Source: Acidimicrobiia bacterium | GTDB taxonomy: Bacteria; Actinomycetota; Acidimicrobiia; Spongiisociales; UBA11373 | Assembly: GCA_041551965.1 (NCBI GenBank) | Contig: JBFELU010000005.1 | Location: 188 to 64,187 of the forward strand | Direction: 5' to 3' | DNA: 64,000 nt | Shown: positions 20,310 through 32,086 of the stretch, one piece after another | Position numbering within the stretch: position 1 is the first letter of the stretch | Layout of the letters: each line of letters begins with the position of its first letter | Made by a program: the position numbers and the translations under genes | The notes under the pieces: model-generated | Told to the model about the DNA's origin: nothing | What the model saw: only the letters and a program-made list of their open reading frames with translations | Database searches by the model: none

Positions 20310-22043
20310 TCAGAGGTCGATGGGGTCGGCGTCGACCCGGACCCGGGCACCGTGCTCGCGCCACTCATGGACGACGCCCCGCAGTGCCACCCGGGCCGCT
20401 CGCAGGTCGGTGCCGCGCACCAACCACCGAAGCCGGCCGCGATAGTCGGCCGGCCCGTGCAGTGAGGCTCGCTCCCCGAGGGTGGCTCGCAGGACGTCGT
20501 CGGCGTCGGGAGGTGCATCGGCCGCCTCGATCACCAGCAACTCCCCGCCCGGCGGGAGCCCGGCCGCCGCGCGCGACGATGCCTCGGCTTCCAGCACCGG
20601 CACCGGATCGCCCCGCCGCAGGGCTTCGAAGACCGGGTGGCCGGGATCGGAGGTCTGAATGATCGCCCTCCTCCCCCGACCCCTCCCGGCGGCCGCCACG
20701 GTGCGCGCCATCAGGCGAAGCCCGTCCTCGACCGCCCGGTAGTGGGGGGCCCGCAGCGGTCCATCCCCGTCGACGACGACCGCGAGGTCGACGGTGTCGA
20801 GAGCGGCCAGGTCCCGCTCGGTGCCGATCACGACCGGACGGCCGTCCCCGGCCTCGCCCACCGCATCCGATCCGAGGAACCCGCCCAATTCATGACGGAT
20901 GCGCCCCACCCCGGCCCCGAGCGGCTCGAAGCGGGCTCCCCCGCACTCGGAGCACCCGCCGAGGCCCGTCCCGCAGCGGGGGCACGCGGGTGAACGACCC
21001 GGATGAGAGCCGCAGGCCGGGCACAGCCGCAGGATCCGGCAGCGGACACACCGCTGAGCCGAGGACCTGCGGTCGGCCAGGACGAACGCCCGACCGCCCG
21101 GCCGCAGCACGGCATGCAGGGCCCGCCTGACGGTCGTCCCGATCACCCCGCCTCCCGGAGGGTCCTTCCTCCGATCGACGAGCTCCACCAATCCCCACAA
21201 CCGACCCGACTCGACCCGGGAGAGTTGGGGCGCCCGGGCCAGGGCATCGGTGGTGGGCACGAGCCCGCACAGGACCAGGGAGAAGCGCTCCACCGTCGAC
21301 CGGCGCCAGAGCACCTTGGCGGCGTCGACGGTGGGGGTGGCGCGATCCTTGAGGCCGCGCCTCCCCTCGCCGACCACCACCGCCGAGCCGAGACCCGCGA
21401 TCGACCACAGTGCCGCATCCCTGGTCGCCACCACGACCAACCCGGGGGCGGCGGCTGCCTCCGACCAGACCCTGGTCATCTCGGCGTTGCCGAGCCCGGT
21501 CGAGGCGACCCGCACCCGACCGGGGAACCGCCGTCCCAACTCCTCGGCCAGATGCCGGACCTCGGCCAGCGACGGCGCCACCACCAACGCCGACCGCCCG
21601 GCCGCGCCCTCTACGACATCACCGACCTTCGCCTCCCACGGCCCGGACCCGAGCCAGTACCGGGTGCGGTTCCTGGCCGGAGCATCTCCTTCGGGAGCCT
21701 GATGATTGCGGTCGAAGGGGGCACGAGGCAGGTTGGGTGGAGCGGCCTTGGCCAGCAGGGTGGCCAGGGGGGCCACGTAGTGCACGGCCGCCCAGCGAAG
21801 CACCTCGAGCAGATCTCGATCGAAGATGGGGAGGTCCCCCGAGACCGCCACCACCTCCTTGAGGCCCTCGGGCGAACCGTCGGAGACGGCGACGACGTAC
21901 CCCCGGACCCGTCGCCCCCCGAGAGGCACCCGGACCATGGAGCCGACGCCGACATCGAGTCCATCGGGCACCGCGTAGGCGAAGCCGTCGTCGACGGCGA
22001 ACGTGGCGAGATCGGGGACGACGCGGGCGATCCTGGTCAGGAG
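20310..22043 (-). CDS. priA: primosomal protein N' (PriA)
   Basis: Cys-rich zinc-binding region (CVRCRILRLCPACG...CPRCG) and helicase core. Walker A is degenerate, as in other actinobacterial PriA. Start uncertain; it probably overlaps the coaBC stop. Confidence 0.75.
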   Translation of the reverse strand, partial: LLTRIARVVPDLATFAVDDGFAYAVPDGLDVGVGSMVRVPLGGRRVRGYVVAVSDGSPEGLKEVVAVSGDLPIFDRDLLEVLRWAAVHYVAPLATLLAKAAPPNLPRAPFDRNHQAPEGDAPARNRTRYWLGSGPWEAKVGDVVEGAAGRSALVVAPSLAEVRHLAEELGRRFPGRVRVASTGLGNAEMTRVWSEAAAAPGLVVVATRDAALWSIAGLGSAVVVGEGRRGLKDRATPTVDAAKVLWRRSTVERFSLVLCGLVPTTDALARAPQLSRVESGRLWGLVELVDRRKDPPGGGVIGTTVRRALHAVLRPGGRAFVLADRRSSAQRCVRCRILRLCPACGSHPGRSPACPRCGTGLGGCSECGGARFEPLGAGVGRIRHELGGFLGSDAVGEAGDGRPVVIGTERDLAALDTVDLAVVVDGDGPLRAPHYRAVEDGLRLMARTVAAAGRGRGRRAIIQTSDPGHPVFEALRRGDPVPVLEAEASSRAAAGLPPGGELLVIEAADAPPDADDVLRATLGERASLHGPADYRGRLRWLVRGTDLRAARVALRGVVHEWREHGARVRVDADPIDL

Positions 22044-23227
22044 CCGCCGTCCTCCAGCATCCCCTGGATCACGTCCCACAGCCGGGCCGCCACCTCGACC
22101 TTGGGAAGGAGATCCCATGCTTCGATCGACCCGTCGGGCCGGACGAGCGATACCCGGTTGGTCTCGGTGCCGAACCCCGAATCGGATTCGGTGACGTCGT
22201 TGGCGACCAGGAGATCGACGCGCTGCTCCTTGCCCTTCTCCACGGCGTGCTCGGCCGGACCGGTTTCGGCGGCGAACCCGACCAAGAGCGGACGGGGGCT
22301 CATGTCGGCGACCCCGCGCAAGATGTCGGGAGTCGGCTCGAGCGGGATCTCCGGTGGGCCGTCGTTACGCCGGAGCTTCCCGGCCGCCGGTTCGGAGGGG
22401 CGGAAGTCGGCCACGGCAGCCGCCAACACGGCCACGTCGACCCCGGCAGCCCGGCTCCACACCGCCTCGGCCATCTGCTCGGCGGTCTCCACTCTCACCA
22501 CCTCGACCCCGGGGACGATGCCGAGGTCGACCGTCGATACCACGGTCACGCTCCCCCCGCGCCGAGCCGCCTCGGCGGCCACGGCGGCTCCCATCTTCCC
22601 CGAGGAGTGATTCCCGATGAAGCGGACGGGATCGATCGGTTCCCGGGTCCCCCCCGCCGTCACCAGCACGCGACGGCCGGAGAGGGGCCCGTCGGCAACC
22701 ACCCCAACAAGGGCCTCGACGATCTCCTCGGGTTCCACCATCCTCCCCGGACCCTCGTCGCCGCCGGCCAGTGCACCCACCGCCGGGCCGACCACGGTGT
22801 GGCCGTCGGCGCGAATCGTCTCCATGTTGCGACGGGTGGCCGGGTGCTCCCACATCTCGGTGTGCATGGCCGGCGCCACGATCAACGGTGCGGTCGAGGC
22901 GAGAATCGTGGCCACGAGGATGTCCTCACTGAGGCCGACGGCGATCCGGGCCAGCGTCGCCGCGGTGGCGGGGGCCACCACGATGACGTCGGCCCATCGC
23001 GCCAACTCGGTGTGCACACTGACCGTCTCGCCTCCGAACCAGCGAGTCACCGGGGGGTGGCCGGTGATGGCGGCCATGGTCTGAGGGCCGAGGAACTCGA
23101 GGGCGCTGCCGGTCATGATGCAGCGCACCTCCGCCCCGGCTTCGACGAGGCGACGAGCCAACGGGGCTGACTTGTAGGCGGCGACCCCCCCGGTGACTCC
23201 CAGCAGGACGCGACGGCCCGCCAGCAT
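22037..23227 (-). CDS. coaBC: bifunctional phosphopantothenoylcysteine decarboxylase / phosphopantothenate-cysteine ligase
   Basis: Flavoprotein N-domain (VLLGVTGGVAAYKS) and DFP C-domain. Start MLAGRRV at ATG 23225-23227. Confidence 0.9.
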   Translation of the reverse strand: MLAGRRVLLGVTGGVAAYKSAPLARRLVEAGAEVRCIMTGSALEFLGPQTMAAITGHPPVTRWFGGETVSVHTELARWADVIVVAPATAATLARIAVGLSEDILVATILASTAPLIVAPAMHTEMWEHPATRRNMETIRADGHTVVGPAVGALAGGDEGPGRMVEPEEIVEALVGVVADGPLSGRRVLVTAGGTREPIDPVRFIGNHSSGKMGAAVAAEAARRGGSVTVVSTVDLGIVPGVEVVRVETAEQMAEAVWSRAAGVDVAVLAAAVADFRPSEPAAGKLRRNDGPPEIPLEPTPDILRGVADMSPRPLLVGFAAETGPAEHAVEKGKEQRVDLLVANDVTESDSGFGTETNRVSLVRPDGSIEAWDLLPKVEVAARLWDVIQGMLEDGGS

Positions 23228-23231
23228 CTGC

Positions 23232-23462
23232 CTACTCGCCGGCGTCGACGACGAGCTTGTCGGCGGCGATCTCCTCGAAGGCCTGAGAGAGGGGCTGGCG
23301 CGAGAGTGAGTGCACCTGCGGAGGCACGAAGCTGCCGATGCCCTCTCCCAGCTGGTTGTAGTACGCGTTGATTTGCCGGGCACGGCGCGCCGAGAGGACG
23401 ACGAGCGTGAACCGGTTGTCGGTGCGTTCCAGCAAGGTCTCGATGGGTGGATCGATCATCAT
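23232..23462 (-). CDS. rpoZ: DNA-directed RNA polymerase subunit omega
   Basis: IETLLERTDNRFTLVVLSARRARQI canonical omega sequence. Confidence 0.9.
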   Translation of the reverse strand: MMIDPPIETLLERTDNRFTLVVLSARRARQINAYYNQLGEGIGSFVPPQVHSLSRQPLSQAFEEIAADKLVVDAGE

Positions 23463-24079
23463 GAGGAATCCAGGCGTCGGGAAGCCGACAGTATACCGGC
23501 CACCCGGTCGACAGCGGATACAAGGTCGTCGTTGATCACGAAGTGGTCGAACAACCCCCGCCCCTCGGCGATCTGGGCTTCGGCGACTGCGAGACGCTCG
23601 GCGATCTCCGCCTCCGTGGTGTCCCCCCGGCCCCGCAGCCTCTCCTCGAGCACGGCCGGGTCGGGGGGCTCGATGAAGATGAGCAGAGCCTCGGGGTAGA
23701 CCGACTTGATCTGGCGGGCCCCGTGCAACTCGATGTCGAGGAGCACATCCTCACCCCGGGCCAGATGGATCTCGAGACCGGCCTTGGGCGTCCCGTAGCG
23801 GTGGCCGCTGTACTCCGCCCACTCCGCCAGCTCGCCGGCGGCAACGGCCTTCGCAAACCGGGCGTCGTCGACGAACAGGTAGTCCACGCCCTCCTCTTCC
23901 CCGGGACGGGGCGCTCGCGTCGTCATCGACACCGAGAAGTGGAACGGCAACCGGTGAATCAGCCCCTCCACGACGCTGCTCTTGCCGACACCGGAAGGCC
24001 CGGTGATGACGATGAGCCGGCCGCGTCGGGGCTGGTCAGGAAAGAGCGTCGAGCAGTGCCTTCCTTTGGCGGGCTCCAA
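23459..24079 (-). CDS. gmk: guanylate kinase
   Basis: P-loop GPSGVGKSS and guanylate kinase fold. TTG start overlaps the mihF 3' end. Confidence 0.85.
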   Translation of the reverse strand: MEPAKGRHCSTLFPDQPRRGRLIVITGPSGVGKSSVVEGLIHRLPFHFSVSMTTRAPRPGEEEGVDYLFVDDARFAKAVAAGELAEWAEYSGHRYGTPKAGLEIHLARGEDVLLDIELHGARQIKSVYPEALLIFIEPPDPAVLEERLRGRGDTTEAEIAERLAVAEAQIAEGRGLFDHFVINDDLVSAVDRVAGILSASRRLDSS

Positions 24080-24347
24080 GACCCCTCACCCGCCGGTTCT
24101 CGGCGATCTCGAGGCTCTCCATGAGCCGGAAGGCCTTGACCTTGCCCAGGCCGGGCATGGCCGTCAGGACCGCCTTCACCTTCATCCCGGCCACCGTCTC
24201 ATCGTGCTCGGCCCGCTCGAGGACCTCGGGGAGCGTGACCGTCCCGTTCTTGATCAACTCCCTGAGCTCGGCGCGCTGACGCCGCGCAGCCGCCGCCTTC
24301 TCCAGCGCCTTCGCCCGCTGTTCCGGCGTCAGCTTTGGTGGTCCCAT
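24036..24347 (-). CDS. mihF: integration host factor MihF (actinobacterial IHF)
   Basis: MGPPKLTPEQRAKALEKAAAARRQRAEL... ~103 aa, typical actinobacterial mIHF located next to gmk. The track's longer upstream N-terminus is rejected. Confidence 0.85.
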   Translation of the reverse strand: MGPPKLTPEQRAKALEKAAAARRQRAELRELIKNGTVTLPEVLERAEHDETVAGMKVKAVLTAMPGLGKVKAFRLMESLEIAENRRVRGLGARQRKALLDALS

Positions 24348-24376
24348 GCGTCCTCCGTTCCGTTGCGCGCACTCTA

Positions 24377-25078
24377 TCAATGGGCGCGGATCCCGAGACG
24401 GATTGCCAGATCGGCGGCCGCCTTCTCCGGATCGGCCGCTGCGGTGATCGGGCGACCCACGACCAGGTAGTCGGCACCGCGCTCCACCGCCTCCTCGGGG
24501 GTGGCAACGCGCCGCTGATCGTCCCCGGTGGACCCGTCGGGCCGAATGCCCGGCGTCACCCTCACCAATCCCGGAGCAACCTGTGCCACATCGCCCAGCT
24601 CCCGTGCCGAGCACACGATCCCTTCCACACCGGCCGCCGCAGCAGCCTTGGCGAGACGGGCCACCAAACGGCCCGGTCGGTTCCCGAGGCCGAGTGTGGC
24701 CAGCGAGGGCGCATCGAGACTCGTGAGCACGGTCACCGCCAGGATCCCGGCGGTCTCCGACCTCGCCCCCAGGCCGCTCCGAGCGGCGTCCATCATCTCG
24801 ACACCCCCGGAGGCGTGGACCGTGACCCACCGCGCCCCGTACTCACCGAGCCGCCGCGCCGCCGCTTCGACCTGCGTCGGGATGTCGTGCAGCTTTGCGT
24901 CCGCAAACACCGGTCCGAGCTGCGCCAGGGCCCCCACGACCCCCGGGCCGGGGCCGTGGAGTAACCCCAAACCCACCTTGAACCCGCCGACGTGCGGCGC
25001 CAGACGCTGCGCCAGGCGCACCGCCTCCTCCGCGGACGGAACGTCCAACGCCACGATGATCGGATTCGCCCTGCTCAT
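24377..25078 (-). CDS. pyrF: orotidine 5'-phosphate decarboxylase
   Basis: IIVALDVPS...FKVG OMP decarboxylase motifs. Confidence 0.9.
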   Translation of the reverse strand: MSRANPIIVALDVPSAEEAVRLAQRLAPHVGGFKVGLGLLHGPGPGVVGALAQLGPVFADAKLHDIPTQVEAAARRLGEYGARWVTVHASGGVEMMDAARSGLGARSETAGILAVTVLTSLDAPSLATLGLGNRPGRLVARLAKAAAAAGVEGIVCSARELGDVAQVAPGLVRVTPGIRPDGSTGDDQRRVATPEEAVERGADYLVVGRPITAAADPEKAAADLAIRLGIRAH

Positions 25079-25093
25079 CTCACCCCGCTCATG

Positions 25094-26080
25094 TCACCCT
25101 GCCTCCATTCCCCCGATGAGTTCGGCGACCGAGGCCACACCGTGGCGGCGGCCGAAGCGGCGCATCTCCCGCAGGATCCGCCGGCCCGCCCTCGGCTCGG
25201 CGAAGTGAGCGGTGCCGACGGCCACCGCCGCCGCTCCCGCAAGCAGGTACTCGACGACGTCTGCGCCGGACCGCACTCCCCCGCATCCGACGATCGGCAC
25301 CTCGGGGAGCGCCCGATGCACCTCGAGCACACAGCGCAGGGCGATCGGCTTCAGCGGGGGCCCGGACAGGCCGCCGATGACCCCCGACAGGCGCGGCCGC
25401 CGGGTCACCGGATCGATGGCGGCGCCCCAGACCGTGTTGGTCAAGACGAGGAAGTCGGCGCCCGAATCGACGACGCCCGCGGCCACGGCCACGATATCGG
25501 CGGCATTCGGGGACAGTTTGGCGCCGACCGGAAGCGAAACGGCGGCCCGCACCGCGGCGACGACCTCGGCCGAAGCCCCCGGATCGAGTGCGAACATGCC
25601 TTCCCCATCCAGGTTGGGGCACGAGAGGTTGACCTCGACCGCCGTCACCCCCGATTCGGCCAAGGCGGCGGCGACTCGGGCGAATTCTGCGGGCGTCTTG
25701 CCCACCGCCGAGCCCCATACCGGGACGCCCACGTCCTCCAGTCCCGGCCCGACCTCTCGGACCCAGGCATCGATGCCCGGGTTCTGGATGCCGATCCCGT
25801 TCAACATGCCGGCTCCCACGGGCGCCAGCCGCGGAGCAGGGCGGCCGGACCACGGCTCGCCGCTCACCGATTTGGCGACCGCCGCCCCGTAGTGCTCCAG
25901 AGCGCCGACGCGAACGAAGTCGACCACCGACCCGACCGTTCCCGCAGCGGCAACGATTGGGCTTCGCAGATCCAGGCTCCCGAGTCGAGTGGTCAGGTCC
26001 ACCGGACGCCCCCGATCACCCGAGGACCTTGCCGTCGCGCACCGTGATCCGCCCCTCGAAGATCGTGTGGCGGACCGCAC
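25094..26080 (-). CDS. pyrD: dihydroorotate dehydrogenase (class 1)
   Basis: NLSCPN active-site motif and TIM-barrel FMN-binding signatures. The listed start overlaps the pyrC 3' end by 64 nt, so the real start may be an internal GTG/ATG. Confidence 0.8.
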   Translation of the reverse strand: MRSATRSSRGGSRCATARSSGDRGRPVDLTTRLGSLDLRSPIVAAAGTVGSVVDFVRVGALEHYGAAVAKSVSGEPWSGRPAPRLAPVGAGMLNGIGIQNPGIDAWVREVGPGLEDVGVPVWGSAVGKTPAEFARVAAALAESGVTAVEVNLSCPNLDGEGMFALDPGASAEVVAAVRAAVSLPVGAKLSPNAADIVAVAAGVVDSGADFLVLTNTVWGAAIDPVTRRPRLSGVIGGLSGPPLKPIALRCVLEVHRALPEVPIVGCGGVRSGADVVEYLLAGAAAVAVGTAHFAEPRAGRRILREMRRFGRRHGVASVAELIGGMEAG

Positions 26081-27288
26081 CCTTGAGCGTCCTCCCCCGG
26101 AAGGGGCTGTTTCGCGATTTGGAGACGAAGCCCTCCACGACGTGGGAAGCCTCCGGATCGATGACCACCACCGACGCCGGAGACCCCGCTCCGATCGGCC
26201 GCCCCTGGTCCTCGAGTCCCGCCAGCAGGGCCGGCGCCATTGACATCCTTGCGAACAGCGCCTCGGGTCCGAGACCGGTGGCGGTGAGCACGGCCCCCAC
26301 GGCCGTCTCCAAGCCGATCACCCCGCGCGGGGCCTCCTCGAAAGGCACGTCCTTCTCGTGGGAGGCGTGCGGAGCGTGATCGGTCCCGATCATGTCGATC
26401 GTGCCGTCGGACAATGCCTCCCGCACCGCCGCCACGTCCTCCGACCGGCGCAGCGGCGGATACATCTTGTAGGCCGAGTCGGTGGACAGCGCTGCTGTGT
26501 GGTCGAAGAACAGGTGGTGCGGCGTCACCTCCGCGGTCACCGGGAGACCGTCGGCCTTGGCCTCGCGCACGAGCGCCACCGTGCCGGCCGTCGACACGTG
26601 CTGCACGTGGTACGAGGCTCCGGTGAGACGGACCAGTGAGAGATCCCGGGCCACGACGGTCTCCTCCGCCTCCGCCGGGATCCCGGCCAATCCGAGCTCG
26701 GCGGAGACCACTCCCTCGTGGACGTGGCCGCCCCGGGTCAGCCCGGCATCCTCGGCGTGCTGTGCCACCACACCTCCCAGTTCGGCGAGGTATTCCATCG
26801 CCCGCCGCAGCAGGCCGGCGTCGGCCACCGAATCACCGTCGTCGGTGAAGATGCGGACACCGGCCTTCCACAGTTCGTCGAGATGGGCGAGATGCTCACC
26901 GGAGCGCCCGGCGCTGATGCAGCCGGCGGACACAACCCGGACCAACCCGGTCCTGCGGCCCTGCTCGGCCACGAATCGTGCCAGATGCCCTGCGTCGATC
27001 GGCGGATCGGTGTTGGGCATGGCCACGACAGCGGTGAACCCGCCGACCGCCGCGGCCCGGGACCCGGACGCAACGTCTTCCTTCCACTCCCAGCCCGGCT
27101 CACGCAGGTGGGTGTGTGGATCGACGAGCCCCGGACCGACCCAGCATCCCACGCAGTCGAGCGCTTCCCCCGACACGTCGAGGCCCGGTCCCACCTCGAC
27201 GACGACGCCGTTGCGAATGTGGACGTCGGCCTCTGTCATGCCCCCGGGAGTCAGCACTCGGCCCCCCCTCAGGGTCAGGTCGTGTCCC

Positions 27289-27296
<8 letters not shown>
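26016..27296 (-). CDS. pyrC: dihydroorotase
   Basis: DPHTHLREPG metal-binding motif. Start MSEGHDLTL at 27294-27296 overlaps the pyrB stop. Confidence 0.9.
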
Positions 27297-28844
<1,548 letters not shown>

Positions 28845-29423
28845 TCACTCCAGACGCCGCGCCAGTTCCCCGAGGACGCCGTTGACGAACCGGCCGCTCT
28901 CCTGAGTCGAGTAGGCCTTGGCCAGCCGCACCGCTTCGGACACGACCACCGCCGGGGGCGTCGACGGGCGCCGGAGCAACTCGAAGAGAGCGAGACGGAG
29001 AATCGACCGATCGACCGGTGGCATCCGGGCCACCGTCCAGCCGACGGCCGCTCCACCGATCGCCCGGTCGAGCTCGGCCCGCTCCTCCCACGTCCCCAGC
29101 GCCAGCCCGGCCGCCTCCTCGCCGAGGTCCTCGACGTTCGGTGGCCCGTCTCGCTGCTCGGCCGCATAGAGAGCAGCGAGGGCGTCGTCGCGTCGCAGCA
29201 GACGGCGCAGACGAGCCAGGCCCTCGGTGCCGACGCTGAGTGCCTCGAGGGCCGCGTCCCCGTGCCGGGCGGCGAAGCCGACCGGGTCGGCGGCGGCGTC
29301 CTCGATCAGCTCGGCGGCCTCCCACAGCGGCAGCGGCTCCGGCCCACCGAAGACCGTGGCCGGATCGGCCTCCCCCCGGGCGACCGCCGCCAGTTCCCCG
29401 GCGACGGATTCGACGTCCTTCAC
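28845..29423 (-). CDS. nusB: transcription antitermination factor NusB
   Basis: C-terminal NusB signature (AVRLAKAYSTQESGRFVNGVLG). The N-terminus is longer than typical. Confidence 0.8.
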   Translation of the reverse strand: MKDVESVAGELAAVARGEADPATVFGGPEPLPLWEAAELIEDAAADPVGFAARHGDAALEALSVGTEGLARLRRLLRRDDALAALYAAEQRDGPPNVEDLGEEAAGLALGTWEERAELDRAIGGAAVGWTVARMPPVDRSILRLALFELLRRPSTPPAVVVSEAVRLAKAYSTQESGRFVNGVLGELARRLE

Positions 29424-29980
29424 GAGACCCGGGTGATGTAGTCCCCGGTTCGGGTGTCGACCTTGATCCGATCACCCTCTTCCACGAAGAGCGGGGTCTG
29501 GACCACCAGACCCGTCTCCGTCGTCACCGGTTTGGTCGCCCCCGAGACCCGGTCGCCCTTGACGCCGGGCTCGGCCGCGACGACCTCTAGCTCCACCGAG
29601 GCGGCCAGGTCGATCGTGATCGGGCGCTCCTGATAGATGCCCAACAGAACGGTGGCGCCCTCCACCAGATAATCGGCCGCCTGACCCACCTGATCCGCCG
29701 GGAGGGTCATCTGGGCGTAGGTCTCCCCGTCCATGAAGTGGAATCCGAGATCGTCCTGATACAAGAACTGGTGATCGCGCCGGTCGATCACGGCTTGCTG
29801 GACCGGCTCGTCGGCGCGGAACGTTCGGTCCACCACGGCGCCGGTCTGAAGGTTCTTGAGCTTCGTTCGCACGAAGGCCTTCCCCTTCCCCGGCTTCACG
29901 TGCTGGTACTCGACGATCTGGAACACCCCGTCGTCCAGGTCGAGTGCCATCCCCGGCTTCACATCGTTGGTCGAAATCAT
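29420..29980 (-). CDS. efp: elongation factor P
   Basis: MISTNDVKPGMALDLDDGVFQIVEYQHVKPGKGKAFVRTKLKNL canonical EF-P with KPGKG loop, 186 aa. ATG at 29978-29980 overlaps the upstream peptidase stop. Confidence 0.95.
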   Translation of the reverse strand: MISTNDVKPGMALDLDDGVFQIVEYQHVKPGKGKAFVRTKLKNLQTGAVVDRTFRADEPVQQAVIDRRDHQFLYQDDLGFHFMDGETYAQMTLPADQVGQAADYLVEGATVLLGIYQERPITIDLAASVELEVVAAEPGVKGDRVSGATKPVTTETGLVVQTPLFVEEGDRIKVDTRTGDYITRVS

Positions 29981-31056
29981 GTCGGCATCATCTCCCGTGG
30001 CGACTCCGTCAGGACCTCCGGCCCGTCGGACGTGACCAGCACCATGTCCTCGATGCGAACACCGCCCTTCCCCGGCAGGTAGACACCGGGCTCGATCGTG
30101 ATCACATTGCCGGCCTCGAGGCGATCCTCGTTGCCGCGGCGCACCCATGGTTCCTCGTGGATCTCGAGGCCGACCCCGTGACCGGTGCTGTGCAGGAAGT
30201 AATCCTCGTACCCGTAGGAGGCGAGCACGGCGCGGGCCGCCGCATCGACGTCGCCGCAGGACACTCCGGGGGCGACCGCCTCGATGGCGGCTTGCTGTGA
30301 CTCGGACACGGCCCGATGGACGTCCACCAGGTCGGCATCCGGAACTCCACCCCGCCACACGGTACGGCTCATGTCGGAGTGGTAGCCGTCGACCACACAG
30401 CCGTAATCGAGGAGCAGCAGGCCAGGCTCCAGTCGGGCCGCACCGGTCCGGTGGTGCGGCACCGAAGCTCCCGAACCGACGGCGACGATCGGATCCCAAC
30501 CCGCCGGATCGCCGCCGTGGCGGCGCATCGACGACACCAGGGCCCAGGCCAACTCGCGCTCCGAATCGGCGTCGGCCGTCAGGGCCTCCAATTCGGCGAA
30601 AGCGACATCGGTGGCTGCGGCCGCAGCCCGCAGTGCCGCCACCTCGGCCTCATCCTTGGTTCGGCGCAGGCGCTCCACCGAACCGGTGGTCGGCATCGGG
30701 CGGGTCGAGGTCTTGGCCTCGAGCGAACGAACAAAGCCCCACGTCACGGCGTCGGCTTCCACCGCTACCGTCTCCATGCCCCGGAGCACACCGTCGAGCG
30801 CGCCCATCACCTCGCCGGTGTACACCTCGAGGCGGGACTCGCTCAAGGCGTCGACGAGTGGCTCGGCTGCTTCCCCGTAGCGGCCGTCCGTCACGAACAC
30901 CGATCCCCCGTCGGGATGCACGAGGAGGTAGCCGTTGCTCCCGGCGAACCCCCGCAGGTAGCGGAGGTGGGCCGGCCGGGTCACCAGCAGCGGGTCGCCG
31001 ATGGACTCGGCGAGCGCGTCGACCCGTCCCTTGTGTTCCATGTGGCTCCTATGCAT
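29977..31056 (-). CDS. pepQ: Xaa-Pro aminopeptidase/dipeptidase (M24B family)
   Basis: M24 metal ligand motifs (HGVGLEIHEEP; GNVITIEPGVY) and an N-terminal creatinase-like domain. Confidence 0.85.
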   Translation of the reverse strand: MHRSHMEHKGRVDALAESIGDPLLVTRPAHLRYLRGFAGSNGYLLVHPDGGSVFVTDGRYGEAAEPLVDALSESRLEVYTGEVMGALDGVLRGMETVAVEADAVTWGFVRSLEAKTSTRPMPTTGSVERLRRTKDEAEVAALRAAAAATDVAFAELEALTADADSERELAWALVSSMRRHGGDPAGWDPIVAVGSGASVPHHRTGAARLEPGLLLLDYGCVVDGYHSDMSRTVWRGGVPDADLVDVHRAVSESQQAAIEAVAPGVSCGDVDAAARAVLASYGYEDYFLHSTGHGVGLEIHEEPWVRRGNEDRLEAGNVITIEPGVYLPGKGGVRIEDMVLVTSDGPEVLTESPREMMPT

Positions 31057-32086
31057 CGATTCCGACCGCCGCGAGGGCGGCCTCTACGGTAGCGGGCGCC
31101 ACGTGCTCCACCTTGGGGACGCCGATGGCGTCGAGGAGCACCATCCGCAGTCCCGTGGCATCACGCTTCTTGTCGAATCCGAGGAGGTCCCTCACCCGGC
31201 GGGGATCGGCGTCGGGCGCTGCGAGCGGCAACCCCAGGCGGGCGATCGCCTCGTTCTGACGCGCTTCATCGGCAAAACCGCACCGAATCGCCGATACTCG
31301 GCCCGCCGCCACCATCCCCACCGCCACGGCCTCGCCGTGGGAGAGATCCAGCGCCACCTCGAGTGCGTGGCCGACGGTGTGGCCGTAGTTGAGGAAGGCC
31401 CGTTCGCCTCGCTCGGTGAAATCGCGCCCCACCACGTCCGCCTTCACCGCCACCGCCCGGACGACCACCTCCTCCAGATCCGCATCGAGGCCCTCCGTCT
31501 CGAGCAGGGCCACGAGCCGCTCGTCTCCGATCATTCCCGCCTTGAGCGCCTCGGCCGCGCCTTGCCGCTTGAGGTCGGGGGGCAGGAGTTCGAGGACGTC
31601 GACGTCGATCACCACCCTGGTGGGATGAGCGAAGGCGCCGACCAGGTTCTTGGCTCCCAGATTGACCCCGGTCTTCCCACCGACCGAGGCGTCCACCGCG
31701 CCGAGCAGTGTGGTCGGAACGTTCACGAACTCGATACCGCGCAGATAGGTCGCCGCGGCGAACCCGGCAGCATCGGTCAACGCTCCCCCGCCGACCCCGA
31801 CGAGGACGTCGGATCGATGCATGCCGAGATCGGCGAGCCATTGATACAACTCGGCGATGACCGGGAGTTCCTTGGCCGCCTCCCCATCGGGGAGGACTCT
31901 CACCTCGGAGCGTGCCCCGGCTTCCCGCAATGCCCCGGCGAGGCCCTCGGCCACGGCGACGACGGTCGGCTGGCAGGCCACCGCGACCGTCACCGATCTC
32001 CGGTCCGATCCCAGCACCGTGCCGGCATCCAGGAACGAGCGGCCCACGTGGATCTCGCTGGCGCCGGGGACCTCGATCACCGCCAC
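31049..32086 (-). CDS. aroB: 3-dehydroquinate synthase
   Basis: GGGALTDAAGFAAATYLRGI...VPTTLLGAVDASVGGKTGVN NAD and substrate motifs. Confidence 0.9.
   Translation of the reverse strand: MAVIEVPGASEIHVGRSFLDAGTVLGSDRRSVTVAVACQPTVVAVAEGLAGALREAGARSEVRVLPDGEAAKELPVIAELYQWLADLGMHRSDVLVGVGGGALTDAAGFAAATYLRGIEFVNVPTTLLGAVDASVGGKTGVNLGAKNLVGAFAHPTRVVIDVDVLELLPPDLKRQGAAEALKAGMIGDERLVALLETEGLDADLEEVVVRAVAVKADVVGRDFTERGERAFLNYGHTVGHALEVALDLSHGEAVAVGMVAAGRVSAIRCGFADEARQNEAIARLGLPLAAPDADPRRVRDLLGFDKKRDATGLRMVLLDAIGVPKVEHVAPATVEAALAAVGIDA

Noticed and set aside
24348-24830. Long N-terminal extension of the mihF ORF (264 aa in track)
   Set aside because: Only the last 103 aa resemble mIHF. The upstream 160 aa are Arg/Gly-rich junk that would overlap the pyrF terminus region. 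A good ATG at 24345-24347 gives the canonical size.
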